The translations under genes were made by a program, and so were the position numbers. From Vulcanimicrobiota bacterium (GTDB taxonomy: Bacteria; Vulcanimicrobiota; Vulcanimicrobiia; Vulcanimicrobiales; Vulcanimicrobiaceae), in assembly GCA_963820825.1 (NCBI GenBank), contig CAWGBN010000008.1, positions 128,001-192,000 on the forward strand: 64,000 bases of DNA, in the 5' to 3' direction. Shown piece by piece: positions 37,162 through 46,650 of this stretch. The notes below the pieces were generated by a model. It searched no databases. It was not told the origin of the DNA and worked only from the letters and a program-made list of their open reading frames with translations. How positions within the stretch are numbered: the stretch's first letter is position 1; each line of letters opens with the position of its first letter.

Positions 37162-39302
37162 GGCGGCAATACCTGGGGCGCGACGGAGGCATCGCCGCGA
37201 AGGCGCAGCGCATCGGAAGCGGATCCGAGCGACGCGTCGTACGAACCTCCGCCAACCACCCATTCGTCCTTTGCCGCATCGAAGTCGGCGAGCAGCCGCG
37301 GGTCGGCGACGACGGTGAGGCTGCGGCTCGCGCCCGGCGCGAGCGTCACCGCCATCCACCCAAGCAGCCGCATCGCGGGTTGGCCGAGCCGCGCGGTGAG
37401 GTAAATCTGGGGCACGTCGGTTCCGGCACGCCCTCCGGTGTTGGTGACGGTGAAGCTTGCGGTCAACGTTCTGCCGCCGGTCACGCGGAAGTCGCCGTAG
37501 CGAAAGCTCGTGTACGAAAGACCGTAGCCGAAGGCAAAGAGCGGCTGCAGGTTCTCTCTTGCAAAGCGCCGGTAACCAACGTCGCTCCCTTCGGAATACT
37601 CCACGGAGAATGGACGAAGGTCGAGCGCCGTTCGGTATCCGCGGACGCCCGCGGCTTCGAGCGAGAGCAGTTCCTCGAGCCCTGGCAGGTCGGGATGGAC
37701 CAGCTGCGATTGTGCCGCCGGAAAGGTGATCGGGAGCCTTCCGCTCGCATCGACTGAGCCGAAGAGCACGTTCGCGATCGCCTCTCCGCCCCGCTCGCCC
37801 GGATACCAGGCTTCGAGTACCGCACGCACGCGATCGAGCCATGGCATCACGATCGGATTGCCGGTCTCGAGCACGACGACGGTGCGCGGATTGGCCGCCG
37901 CGACCGTGGCGATCAGAGCATCTTGGCCCGACGGAAGCTCGAGTTCGGGGAGGTCGGTGCCCTCCGACGCCCATTGCGTGGCGAAGACGATCGCAACGTC
38001 GGCATCCTTCGCCAGTTTCGCCGCCACGCCGGGATAACGGCCGTCGTTGAAGCTCACCGCGGCGCGCGGCGCGATCGCGCGGATGGCGGCCAGCGGCGGC
38101 GAGCGATCGAAGAACATGAAGGGCGTATCCTCGCCGCCGATTGGGACGAGCAGCGCCCGCGCGACGGGCAGAACCTGCGACGAGCCCCCGCCCGACAAGA
38201 CGCCGGCATCGGCGTAGCCGCCGATCACCGCGATGCGCGATACCGAATGCCCGAGCGGCAGTATCCCGTCGTTCTTGAGCAGGACGCTGCCGCGCTGCGC
38301 GACCTGTAAGGCAACGTTGCCATGCGCGGGGGCGTCGATCGGCGACGGTTGCGGCGGCTGCTCGAAGAGTCCGGCCGCGAGCATCGATCGTAGGATGCGA
38401 CGATTCATGTCGAGCAGCCGCGACTCGGGAACCGCGCCCGCCGCGAGGACCGCACGATTGCTCTGCGCCGCCGACTCTTGATCGAGTCCGTTCGTTGCCG
38501 CATCGAGCGCGTGAACGGCTCCCCAATCCGACATCACCCAGCCGGAAAAGACCCAATCGCGTTTGAGGACGTCGTCGAGCAGGTGTGCGTTTTCGCAGGC
38601 GTACGTGCCGTTGACGCGATTGAGCGCGCACATAACCGCGCCGGGCCGGCCGCGCTCGAGCGCGAGCTCAAAGGCCAGCAGATCGCTCTCGCGCATCGCG
38701 GCTTCGCCGACATCGGCCGAGAGCACGAAGCGTCCCGTCTCCTGATCGTTCACCGCAAAGTGTTTCACCGCGGCGACGACGTGCTGGTCCTGGATGCCGC
38801 AGATTGCTTCGCCGGCGAGCCTTCCGGCGAGCAGCGGATCCTCGCCGAAGTATTCGAAGGTTCGGCCGTTGCGCGGATCGCGCGCGAGATTGAGTCCGGG
38901 TCCCAAGAGGACGTTAAAGCCCTTGCGCCAGGCTTCATCGCCGACGACCGCTCCGTAGCGATAGGCGAGCTGCGGGTCCCACGTTGCGGCCAGCGCAATC
39001 GCCGACGGCATCGCGGTCGCCGGCGCGTGACGGCGCGTATTCGTCGAGCTTGCGACGCCGAGGCCGGCATCGGTCTCCTGCAAGGCCGGAACGCCGAGGC
39101 GCGGTATCCCGGGCACGTATCCCGCCGAACCGATTGCGCCGGTGCGTACGCCGTCACGAACCGGTACGCCCGATTCGCCGCGCACGAGTACGAAGCGTTC
39201 GTCCGGCGTCATTGCCGAGACGATCTGCGTACTCTTGGCCTCAATCGCGGCCGACGTAAGCAGCGATCCGCAGAGCGCTACTGCAAGGATCACCTCTTCC
39301 AC
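37158..39302 (-). CDS. GH3 beta-glucosidase
   Basis: RDPRNGRTFEYFGEDP, VKHFAVN, VMSDW, AWYPGE, FGYGLSYT, Fn3-like C-terminus. Confidence 0.93.
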   Translation of the reverse strand: MEEVILAVALCGSLLTSAAIEAKSTQIVSAMTPDERFVLVRGESGVPVRDGVRTGAIGSAGYVPGIPRLGVPALQETDAGLGVASSTNTRRHAPATAMPSAIALAATWDPQLAYRYGAVVGDEAWRKGFNVLLGPGLNLARDPRNGRTFEYFGEDPLLAGRLAGEAICGIQDQHVVAAVKHFAVNDQETGRFVLSADVGEAAMRESDLLAFELALERGRPGAVMCALNRVNGTYACENAHLLDDVLKRDWVFSGWVMSDWGAVHALDAATNGLDQESAAQSNRAVLAAGAVPESRLLDMNRRILRSMLAAGLFEQPPQPSPIDAPAHGNVALQVAQRGSVLLKNDGILPLGHSVSRIAVIGGYADAGVLSGGGSSQVLPVARALLVPIGGEDTPFMFFDRSPPLAAIRAIAPRAAVSFNDGRYPGVAAKLAKDADVAIVFATQWASEGTDLPELELPSGQDALIATVAAANPRTVVVLETGNPIVMPWLDRVRAVLEAWYPGERGGEAIANVLFGSVDASGRLPITFPAAQSQLVHPDLPGLEELLSLEAAGVRGYRTALDLRPFSVEYSEGSDVGYRRFARENLQPLFAFGYGLSYTSFRYGDFRVTGGRTLTASFTVTNTGGRAGTDVPQIYLTARLGQPAMRLLGWMAVTLAPGASRSLTVVADPRLLADFDAAKDEWVVGGGSYDASLGSASDALRLRGDASVAPQVLPP

Positions 39303-39748
39303 CCATAGAGCGCATCGCGCTCACGCTCTTCGTTTCCCGAACCGTCAGTCGTCTGCACTAGGTTAAATCCGGCGCGCTCGTAGAACGCGATCGCCTCGAC
39401 ATTGCGCTGAAAGACCCATAGCTGCAGGGCATCGTGGGCTTCCATCGTCCGCGCCAGCAGTGCGGAACCAATCCCGTGTCGTTGCTGCAGCGGATGGACG
39501 TACAGATGATTGAGCCACCCGTTTCGATAGGCGCAATACGCAACGACGGTGCCGCGAAGCTCCGCGACCAGCACTGCGCTCTCGCACAGAACGCCGAAAA
39601 AATATGCGACGTCTTCCTCAGGTGTATGAAGGTCCGGTAGATACGGCATGCAGGCTTCTCGCACCAGCCGATGGAGTCGCGCAATCGACACGACGTCGCT
39701 AGGCGTCGCGGGCCGAATCCGTGGCAGGTCCTTTGCATCGGAGAACAT
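39290..39748 (-). CDS. GNAT acetyltransferase
   Basis: LYVHPLQQRHGIGSALL, LWVFQRN, FYERAGF, NEERE. Confidence 0.85.
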   Translation of the reverse strand: MFSDAKDLPRIRPATPSDVVSIARLHRLVREACMPYLPDLHTPEEDVAYFFGVLCESAVLVAELRGTVVAYCAYRNGWLNHLYVHPLQQRHGIGSALLARTMEAHDALQLWVFQRNVEAIAFYERAGFNLVQTTDGSGNEERERDALYGWKR

Positions 39749-39851
39749 GAGCGTTCGCTCTTACGGTTTTGAAGAAAAACTGCCTGTAGAGCGGCTAGGC
39801 TTCCGCGCGAGCTTCGAGGAGCGGCCGAATCGAGAGTGAAGCATCGAGAGG

Positions 39852-41240
39852 ATGAGATTCGATTGCCGTTGCCCGCACGCTCGATACTCTCCGCTGGTCT
39901 TCGCCGAGGCCCAGCGCGTCCTTGGCCGGCGCGCCTTTCTGGCCGGCGCCGGCGCCGCAGGCGCTGCGCTCCTCTTGCCGTGGCGCGCCCGAGCGGCCAC
40001 CGTCACCGTCATCAAGACGACGCGGCTCTTCGACGGCCACACGATGCACGCACCCGGCGTGCTGGTCATGAGCGGCGACCGAATCGTTTCGATGTCGGAA
40101 GGCGACGCGGGCGCGGGAGCGGCGGTCGTCGAGCTCGGCGACGCGACGATCATGCCGGGCCTGATCGACTGTCACACGCACGTCGCCGATTTTGTCTTGC
40201 CCTCGCACTACCTCACGATGCTGTTTCCGAAGTACCGCGCGGCCGATAACGTTCCGGAAGCGACGATTTACAGCGTTCGCAACGCGCAGACGATGCTGCG
40301 CAACGGGTTCACGACCGTGCGCGACGTCGGCGGCGGGGCGGGCATCGATCTCGCCGTTCGCAATGCCATTGCGAACGGGGCCATCGTGGGACCGCAGATC
40401 TTTGCGGCCGGACAGGCGCTCTCGATCACCGGCGGACACGGCGACTCCAACGACGTTCCGGGGTGGGTCGAGGAAGACCCCAGCGTACGAGTCGGCGCGA
40501 TCTCGTACGGACCCTACGGATTTCGCGAGCTCGTCCGGCAGAACGTGAAGCTGCACGTCGACGTCATTAAGATTCTCGCCACGGGCGGCGTGCTCTCCTA
40601 TGGCGACGTGTGGGATATCCCGCAGTTCAACCTCGACGAAGTGCAAGCGGTCGTCGAAGAGTCGACGAAGTTCCGGCGCAAGGTTGCCGCCCACGCGCAC
40701 GGGGACGAAGGCATCGCCGTCGCCGTCAACGGCGGCGTGCACTCCGTCGAACACGGAACCGGCGTAAGCGAGAAGACCCTCGACGTCATGGTGCAGCGCG
40801 GAACGAATCTCGTGCCCACGATCTGGGCACTCGATTCGATTCTGCAACCCGGCAACCCGAACCACATCCCGCCGGGATCCGTGCAGAAGGCCGAGTACGC
40901 CGCGCAGCTTCGCAACGCCGGCATGCACCGCGCCGTCGCGTCGAGCGTGAAGATCGCCTACGGAACCGATGCCGGCGTCTTCCCGCACGATCAGAACAAC
41001 AAGGACTTCGCGCTGATGGTGGGGCTTGGCATGCGCCCGATCGGCGTGCTGCGCTCGGCGACCGCGAACGCAGCCGAGCTGATCGGCGTGACCGATCGCG
41101 GCGTGTTGGCGCCGGGCAAACGCGCCGACGTCGTCGTCTTCAACGGCGATCCGAGCCGCGATATCGCGTTGATGGAACGCCAGCCGGCGATGGTCGTTCT
41201 CGGCGGCCAAAAGATCGACATCGCGATTCTTCCAAGTTAG
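39852..41240 (+). CDS. Tat-exported metal-dependent amidohydrolase (Xaa-Pro dipeptidase-like)
   Basis: GRRAFLAG, MPGLIDCHTH, GFTTVRD, AAHAHG, SVEHG, GTDAG. Confidence 0.88.
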   Translation: MRFDCRCPHARYSPLVFAEAQRVLGRRAFLAGAGAAGAALLLPWRARAATVTVIKTTRLFDGHTMHAPGVLVMSGDRIVSMSEGDAGAGAAVVELGDATIMPGLIDCHTHVADFVLPSHYLTMLFPKYRAADNVPEATIYSVRNAQTMLRNGFTTVRDVGGGAGIDLAVRNAIANGAIVGPQIFAAGQALSITGGHGDSNDVPGWVEEDPSVRVGAISYGPYGFRELVRQNVKLHVDVIKILATGGVLSYGDVWDIPQFNLDEVQAVVEESTKFRRKVAAHAHGDEGIAVAVNGGVHSVEHGTGVSEKTLDVMVQRGTNLVPTIWALDSILQPGNPNHIPPGSVQKAEYAAQLRNAGMHRAVASSVKIAYGTDAGVFPHDQNNKDFALMVGLGMRPIGVLRSATANAAELIGVTDRGVLAPGKRADVVVFNGDPSRDIALMERQPAMVVLGGQKIDIAILPS

Positions 41241-41245
41241 CGATC

Positions 41246-41767
41246 TTGGTTCCGGTCATCGAAACGCCGCGTCTGCGTCTGCGCGGGCACCGCTACGGCG
41301 ATTTACCCGATTGTGTCGCGATGTGGTCGGATCCGAACGTGACGAAGTTCATCGGCGGGCGAGCCTCGACCGAGCAGCAGACCTGGGCGAGGCTGCTCGC
41401 GTATGCCGGACACTGGTCGCTGATGGGCTTCGGTTATTGGGCGATCGAGGAAAAGCTCTCGAAAGATTTCGTTGGAGAGGTCGGCTTTGCCGATTTCAAG
41501 CGCGACATCGCGGCTTCGATGAAAGGCAAGCCCGAGCTGGGATTCGCCTTGGCATCCCGATTTCACGGAAAGGGTTATGCGACGGAGGCCGTACGTGCCG
41601 CGCTCGCGTGGGCCGACGCGCATCTGGGGTACGCCGGCACCGTCTGCCTGGTGAGCCCGCAGAATCTCGCATCGTTGCGGGTCGTAGAGAAATGCGGCTA
41701 TAGCCTCTTCGAGCGGAGCCTCTATAACGAGCAGCCGGTGCTCTTTCTTTCGCGCGGCGCGGGCTGA
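41246..41767 (+). CDS. RimJ/RimL-type GNAT acetyltransferase
   Basis: IETPRLRLR, GHWSLMGFGYW, HGKGYATEA, NLASLRVVEKCG. Confidence 0.85.
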   Translation: MVPVIETPRLRLRGHRYGDLPDCVAMWSDPNVTKFIGGRASTEQQTWARLLAYAGHWSLMGFGYWAIEEKLSKDFVGEVGFADFKRDIAASMKGKPELGFALASRFHGKGYATEAVRAALAWADAHLGYAGTVCLVSPQNLASLRVVEKCGYSLFERSLYNEQPVLFLSRGAG

Positions 41768-41782
41768 CGCGCACGACGCACT

Positions 41783-43015
41783 TCAGGCGAACGCGGTTTC
41801 GCGCCGTGCCTCCCAATCGATGCGCGTCAACGGGCCGGTGAGGAAGACCCAGGCTGCCGCACCGACCAGAGCAACCGCCGCTTCGATGGTGAACGGCAGC
41901 CTGAAGCTGCCGGTGACGTCGACCAAAATGCCGGTCAGCGCCGGCGCGATCAAGCCGGCGAAATTCGCGATGAAGTTCTGCACTCCCGTCCATCGCCCGG
42001 CGGCAGCGCTACCACCGCGCACTTGAGCGACGACGTAGCAATGCACCGCAAAGGTTCCGCCGAAGAGGCCGCCGATCACGAGCCACACGGTCGAGCCGAT
42101 GGTATCGGAGTAGCCGACTCCGATCAGCGAGATCGCCAGCCCCACGCCGCCAATCGCCCAGCACGACTTTCGAACCATCGTCGGCGAACCACCGTTGCGG
42201 ACGAGCCGGTCGGCAACCCAGCCGGTTACAATTGCCGACGTACCCGATGCCAGATACGCCGCACCACCGATCACCGCCATCTGCTGCAGCGACCAGTGAC
42301 GCTCGTGCACCAGATAATACGGAATCCACGTAGTGTTGAAATAGAGAACGAAGTTGCCGCAAAAATGGCCGATCGACGCGCCCCAGAGCGATGGCTCGCG
42401 TAAGATCAGATCCATCGGCACGGCGTCGGGCGATCGAGTGCTTTCGGTCCGCCGCACGTAGCCGTGCGCCAACGTCAGCCACGCGAGTGCCCAAAGTAAG
42501 CTGAACGCGCCGAAGCTAACGAAAAACAGGCGCCATCCGAACGCCGCCGTCAGCATCCCGCCGAAGAAGACGCCAAAGGCTGGGCCAAAAGAGATTCCCG
42601 CCATCACAATTCCATTTGCGATGCCGCGCCGCTCCTCGTCGACGGTTTCCGCCAGGAGCTTCGCGGTTGCCGGGAACGAAACCGATTCACCGATGCCGAG
42701 CAACAATCGGCACGCAAAGAGCGCGGCAAAGCCGGCCACGAGTCCGGTGACGACCGTTGCGAACGACCAAATGAGAAAGCCCGCAAGCAGGACGCGGCCT
42801 GCACCGAAGCTCTCGACGAGCCAGCCGACTACCGGTTGCATCGGCACGTAGGTGATGAAAAATGCCGTCAGCAGAAAGCCGAGTTGCGTCGCGCTGATGT
42901 GCAACTCGGCTTTGATGAGCGTCGAGGCGGTAGCAAGATTACCGCGATCTACATAGTTGATGAGGATCGCAAGACCAAGCAGAATCAGAATCGCCGTTAT
43001 TTGGCGCTGCCTCAC
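41783..43015 (-). CDS. MFS transporter (ACS-like)
   Basis: INYVDRGNL, RLLLGIGES; ~12 hydrophobic segments. Confidence 0.9.
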   Translation of the reverse strand: MRQRQITAILILLGLAILINYVDRGNLATASTLIKAELHISATQLGFLLTAFFITYVPMQPVVGWLVESFGAGRVLLAGFLIWSFATVVTGLVAGFAALFACRLLLGIGESVSFPATAKLLAETVDEERRGIANGIVMAGISFGPAFGVFFGGMLTAAFGWRLFFVSFGAFSLLWALAWLTLAHGYVRRTESTRSPDAVPMDLILREPSLWGASIGHFCGNFVLYFNTTWIPYYLVHERHWSLQQMAVIGGAAYLASGTSAIVTGWVADRLVRNGGSPTMVRKSCWAIGGVGLAISLIGVGYSDTIGSTVWLVIGGLFGGTFAVHCYVVAQVRGGSAAAGRWTGVQNFIANFAGLIAPALTGILVDVTGSFRLPFTIEAAVALVGAAAWVFLTGPLTRIDWEARRETAFA

Positions 43016-43057
43016 AGCGCCGGCTTATTCCTCACCGTACGAAAAAGCCCTCGGTCG

Positions 43058-43966
43058 CTACCGCCGAGAATACCACCTCAGGACGCGCATCGCGCGCAGC
43101 GTGTTCCAGCGGCTCGCTCTACCGGTCTCTACTTCCAATGGAAAGCCCAACCGATCCGCGTGGAGATGGTTCATCGGCCACCGTCCGTTTTGATGGCGTC
43201 GCGCCTCGACGATGCCGATCGCTTCGGCGACGCGTTCGTCGGGCTCGAGACCGGCGCTTGCCAGATACGCAAGGCCACGCAAGACGTCGTAATGCCACAC
43301 GGTAGGAAATGCAAAGCGCGTCCACATGCGGTCGACGATCTCTCCGGTAGACAACCGCCTGAACATCCGGCGCTCCAGCAGATACTCGTGCGCTCTCCGG
43401 CGCGCCTCGGTAACGGCCGCCGCGGCGCCCCATCGCCGTTCGAACTCCAATAGACCTTCCAATACGCGGCTCGTCGAATGAAATGACGCGCGGGTGCTCG
43501 GCGGCGCCTTGCAGTTCCATCCGCCGTCAGCGAGTTGTTCGCCGAGCAGACCCTCGACGACGCGATCGCAGCGCTCGCCAAAATAACTGCCGAACGCAAG
43601 AATCGCACCGTTGATGCACGGCTCGGTCTCGCCCTCAAAATAGGGACGGTTCTCGAGGCTCTCCCACTTCAGATTCTCGTTCACTCGCGAGATCGCACGG
43701 CGGGCCCCGTCGCTCGACGGATCCAGACCCATTTCGCGCAAGAGCGCGAGCGCATCCATCGTGATCATCCAGCCTCGATCGTTTGGGGTCCACCACCCCT
43801 GCGGAGCCTGACGCTCGAGCAACGCTCGCCCCCAGCCTTCGCGCGCCACGCGCGCTCGCTCCACGGCGACGGCCTCGGCGGGCTCGTCGGTCAGATCGCG
43901 CATAACCTGCCATCGAATCGCCGGGTCGCCGTCGAGAAGCCAGCGGATAACGCTCGCCTCGCTCAC
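43058..43966 (-). CDS. Conserved hypothetical with prenyltransferase/squalene-cyclase-like QW repeats
   Basis: WLLDGDPAIRWQV, EPCING, QLADGGWNC, WHYDVLRGL, SRWNTLRA. Confidence 0.75.
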   Translation of the reverse strand: MSEASVIRWLLDGDPAIRWQVMRDLTDEPAEAVAVERARVAREGWGRALLERQAPQGWWTPNDRGWMITMDALALLREMGLDPSSDGARRAISRVNENLKWESLENRPYFEGETEPCINGAILAFGSYFGERCDRVVEGLLGEQLADGGWNCKAPPSTRASFHSTSRVLEGLLEFERRWGAAAAVTEARRRAHEYLLERRMFRRLSTGEIVDRMWTRFAFPTVWHYDVLRGLAYLASAGLEPDERVAEAIGIVEARRHQNGRWPMNHLHADRLGFPLEVETGRASRWNTLRAMRVLRWYSRR

Positions 43967-43979
43967 CGGCGTTTCGTGC

Positions 43980-45407
43980 TTAGTCCGAGTCCGGCGGACG
44001 CTCGTCGAGCGGCTGGTGCAAGAAATAGTTCCGGCTGTACGGTGCCGTAAACGGCACGAACGCACGCGGTGACTGATTGAAGTCGAAGCAGAATTTCTGG
44101 GGCGAGTTGGCGCGCGTATCGCTCGCCTCCATGCGGGGCAGACCGAACTGATCCTCGACAAACTTCAGGATGCTGCCGTGCTCGTAGTGCTCGTGCGAGA
44201 CGAGTCCTTTTCTCGCGTAGGGCGAGATGATGAGCATGGGAAGGCGGAAGCCCAGCCCGTCGTTATCGAGATACTTCGGCGGTTCGGGATCGTACCAGCC
44301 GCCATAGTCGTCCCAGAAGATGAAGATCGCGCTCGACTCCCAATACTGCGACTCGCCGACGGCGTTGACGAGCGAGGTAACCCACGACGGTCCGGTGTCC
44401 GAGTCGTTGCCGCCATGATCGGAGTTCGCGAAGGTCGGCGTGACCCACGTTACCGATCGCAGATTACCGTTGTGGACGTCCGTGATGAACTGCTGTGGCG
44501 GCGTAATGACGTCGTTCTTCCAGTCGGGATGCTTGTAGATGTGCTGGATCGCCTGATAGGCGCTCCATATGCCGTGTCCGTTCGAAGATCCGCTGTCGGG
44601 GTCGGCGGCCTTCTGACCCGGAAGCGCAACCGCGTAGAAGGCCCACGAAATCTTCTTGGCGTCGAGCTCGTCGCCGAGCGTCGTCGGATTCCAGCACGGC
44701 CGCTCCGTCTCGGGGCCAAGCTTCCGATCCGGTCCGAGGATTTTGATTTGATCGGCCTTGCCGCCGGGGCAGCCCCAGGCGCCATCCGGCGAACCGACCG
44801 ACGACTTCGGATTGACGCCGGCGATGATGTACTGGTGCGACGTGAAGCTCTCGGAGTCGAAATTCGATGCGTACATTTGATCGGCCAAAACGTACTGGCC
44901 GGCCATATCGAAGTACGGCTGAACTTCGGATTGTGGAACGTATGCGTACGGCGGAAACTTGATCGGGCAGTGCGGCTCGGAGGGCTGATTGCATTTCCAG
45001 GACTCGTTATTGAAGCCGTTCATCCGGCAATGAGTGCCGGGGATCTTGCCCTTGCCGTTGCAAGCGGCCTCCATCCCGTTGGGATTATGCTCCAGATCCC
45101 ACTGCGTCTTTATGCTGACGGGCTGCAGCTCGACCTTCTTGCCGGTCGAGGTGTAGCCGTACGATTGCGTCATTGCACCGGGATAGCCGAAAAAGAGATT
45201 GTTGAAGCTCCGGTTCTCTTGAACGATGATGATAACGTGCTTGATCTTGCCCTGCGTAGTGAGCGGCTGGAGTGCATCGAGAGCGTCCGTTACGCGGGCG
45301 ACCGGCGGCATGGGCGCTGAGGCCGGTCCGTTCCCGCCCGCGCACGCCGATAACGCGGCGAAGGCTAAGCTCGCCGCGACCAGAGGCCGGGTCCACGAGG
45401 TGCTCAT
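43980..45407 (-). CDS. Phosphoesterase / phospholipase C-family lipoprotein
   Basis: Lipobox ALSAC; IKHVIIIVQENRSFNN, SDHG, WDDYGGWYD, GFRLP, EHGSILKF. Confidence 0.9.
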   Translation of the reverse strand: MSTSWTRPLVAASLAFAALSACAGGNGPASAPMPPVARVTDALDALQPLTTQGKIKHVIIIVQENRSFNNLFFGYPGAMTQSYGYTSTGKKVELQPVSIKTQWDLEHNPNGMEAACNGKGKIPGTHCRMNGFNNESWKCNQPSEPHCPIKFPPYAYVPQSEVQPYFDMAGQYVLADQMYASNFDSESFTSHQYIIAGVNPKSSVGSPDGAWGCPGGKADQIKILGPDRKLGPETERPCWNPTTLGDELDAKKISWAFYAVALPGQKAADPDSGSSNGHGIWSAYQAIQHIYKHPDWKNDVITPPQQFITDVHNGNLRSVTWVTPTFANSDHGGNDSDTGPSWVTSLVNAVGESQYWESSAIFIFWDDYGGWYDPEPPKYLDNDGLGFRLPMLIISPYARKGLVSHEHYEHGSILKFVEDQFGLPRMEASDTRANSPQKFCFDFNQSPRAFVPFTAPYSRNYFLHQPLDERPPDSD

Positions 45408-45623
45408 CAAGGTTCTCTCCCCAAAACGAAACGGATACGCGCATAAGAACGTTCGGCAAAGGCGGTCCGAGTTCCATCGTAGCAACCAGGCTCCAGGCAG
45501 TGACCCCTAACGACGCCTCATTGCGCAGGCCTATCGCTCAGAAGGGCGCGTGATCTCATGTGCGAGCGTCTTGGGATCACCCGCTGAAAGTTGTACCGCA
45601 GCTACGGCTAAGGCGCTAACGCG

Positions 45624-46058
45624 CTAAAAGGGTATTTCGTCTTCGAGTTCGTCGCCGAAGGCGTCGCCCGCGCTCGCCGGGCGCGAAGCGGCGGCGCCGC
45701 CGTTGAACGAGCCGCCTGCCTCGGCGTCACCGCTGCGGTCGCGCGGCGAACCGAGCATCTGCATGTTGTCGATCACGACCTCGGTCGCTTTACGCTTGTT
45801 GCCGTCTTTGTCGTCGTAGCTGCGAATGACCAAACGGCCCTCGACGAGGCAGTTCGAGCCCTTCTTCAAATAGGTATTGCACGTTTCGCCGAGCCGGTCC
45901 CAAGCGACGATGTCCACGAAGGTCGTCTCTTCCTTGTTGCGCGGATTGTTCACCGCAAGGGTAAACTTCGTCACCCCCTTGCCCGACTGCGTGTACCGAA
46001 TCTCCGGGTCGCGGGTTAGGTTGCCGACCAGGATGATGCGATTGTAAGAACCTGCCAT
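45624..46058 (-). CDS. ssb: Single-stranded DNA-binding protein
   Basis: NRIILVGNLTRDPE; C-terminal EDEIPF. Confidence 0.97.
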   Translation of the reverse strand: MAGSYNRIILVGNLTRDPEIRYTQSGKGVTKFTLAVNNPRNKEETTFVDIVAWDRLGETCNTYLKKGSNCLVEGRLVIRSYDDKDGNKRKATEVVIDNMQMLGSPRDRSGDAEAGGSFNGGAAASRPASAGDAFGDELEDEIPF

Positions 46059-46151
46059 TGCTTATCCTCTTTTGCCGATTGCGTTGGTTCGAAGCTATCG
46101 CCCCGGAGTGTCAACTGTATGGCACAGATGTTGCCGAAAGGCTGCCCCCTC

Positions 46152-46502
46152 TCAGGGCTGGGGCAGCGGGGCCGGCGGAGCGGCGGCGGCCAGCGCCGCC
46201 ATGTGCGTCAGCATCTTCGCGTCGAGCCGGACGATCAGCGCGCGCAGCACGTCCTCGTGCAGCTTGAGCTGGCGCTCGAGCTCCTTCGAGACCGCGGCGT
46301 CGCTCTTGAACTGCATGACCACGTAGTTGCCTTCGCGCAGGTCCTTGATTTCATACGCGAGACGCTTCTTGCCGAGTCGCTCGGTGCTGCTTACTTCGCC
46401 CCCTTGACCCTTGACGATCTCGGCGATCGCGTTGAGGCGCTCTTCGACCTCGCTCTCTTCGAGCGACGGTCGCAAGATATAGGTTACCTCGTAGATGCTC
46501 AT
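46152..46502 (-). CDS. rpsF: 30S ribosomal protein S6
   Basis: YEVTYILRP, GKKRLAYEI, EGNY, VLRALIV. Confidence 0.95.
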   Translation of the reverse strand: MSIYEVTYILRPSLEESEVEERLNAIAEIVKGQGGEVSSTERLGKKRLAYEIKDLREGNYVVMQFKSDAAVSKELERQLKLHEDVLRALIVRLDAKMLTHMAALAAAAPPAPLPQP

Positions 46503-46570
46503 TCGTGTCCCCATACTATGGACGCCCGCTACTGCGGGCGGCCCACCCGTAGCGAAGTGGGCAGCAGGTA
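46503..46570 (-). ncRNA. Structured rpsF leader (candidate S6:S18 autoregulatory RNA)
   Basis: Hairpins GCCCAC..GTGGGC, CGCCCGC-AGTA-GCGGGCG, and a small stem over the GGGGA RBS; CCG at the junction. Confidence 0.5.
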
Positions 46571-46650
46571 AAGCGGCCTACTTCGGTCACGATGAAGAAA
46601 TCCCCATCCGTAGGAGCCCGAGTCGCTCTTTTTGAACCAGCGGCTTTCAG

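Noticed and set aside
36616..38631. Long alternative-frame or antisense ORFs (also 14338..16134, 50175..51680, 57648..59255)
   Set aside because: Shadows of well-supported genes in high-GC DNA; Arg/Ala-rich with no recognisable motifs.
43058..43966. Squalene-hopene cyclase
   Set aside because: Too short (~300 aa) and no DxDD motif; only QW-like repeats.
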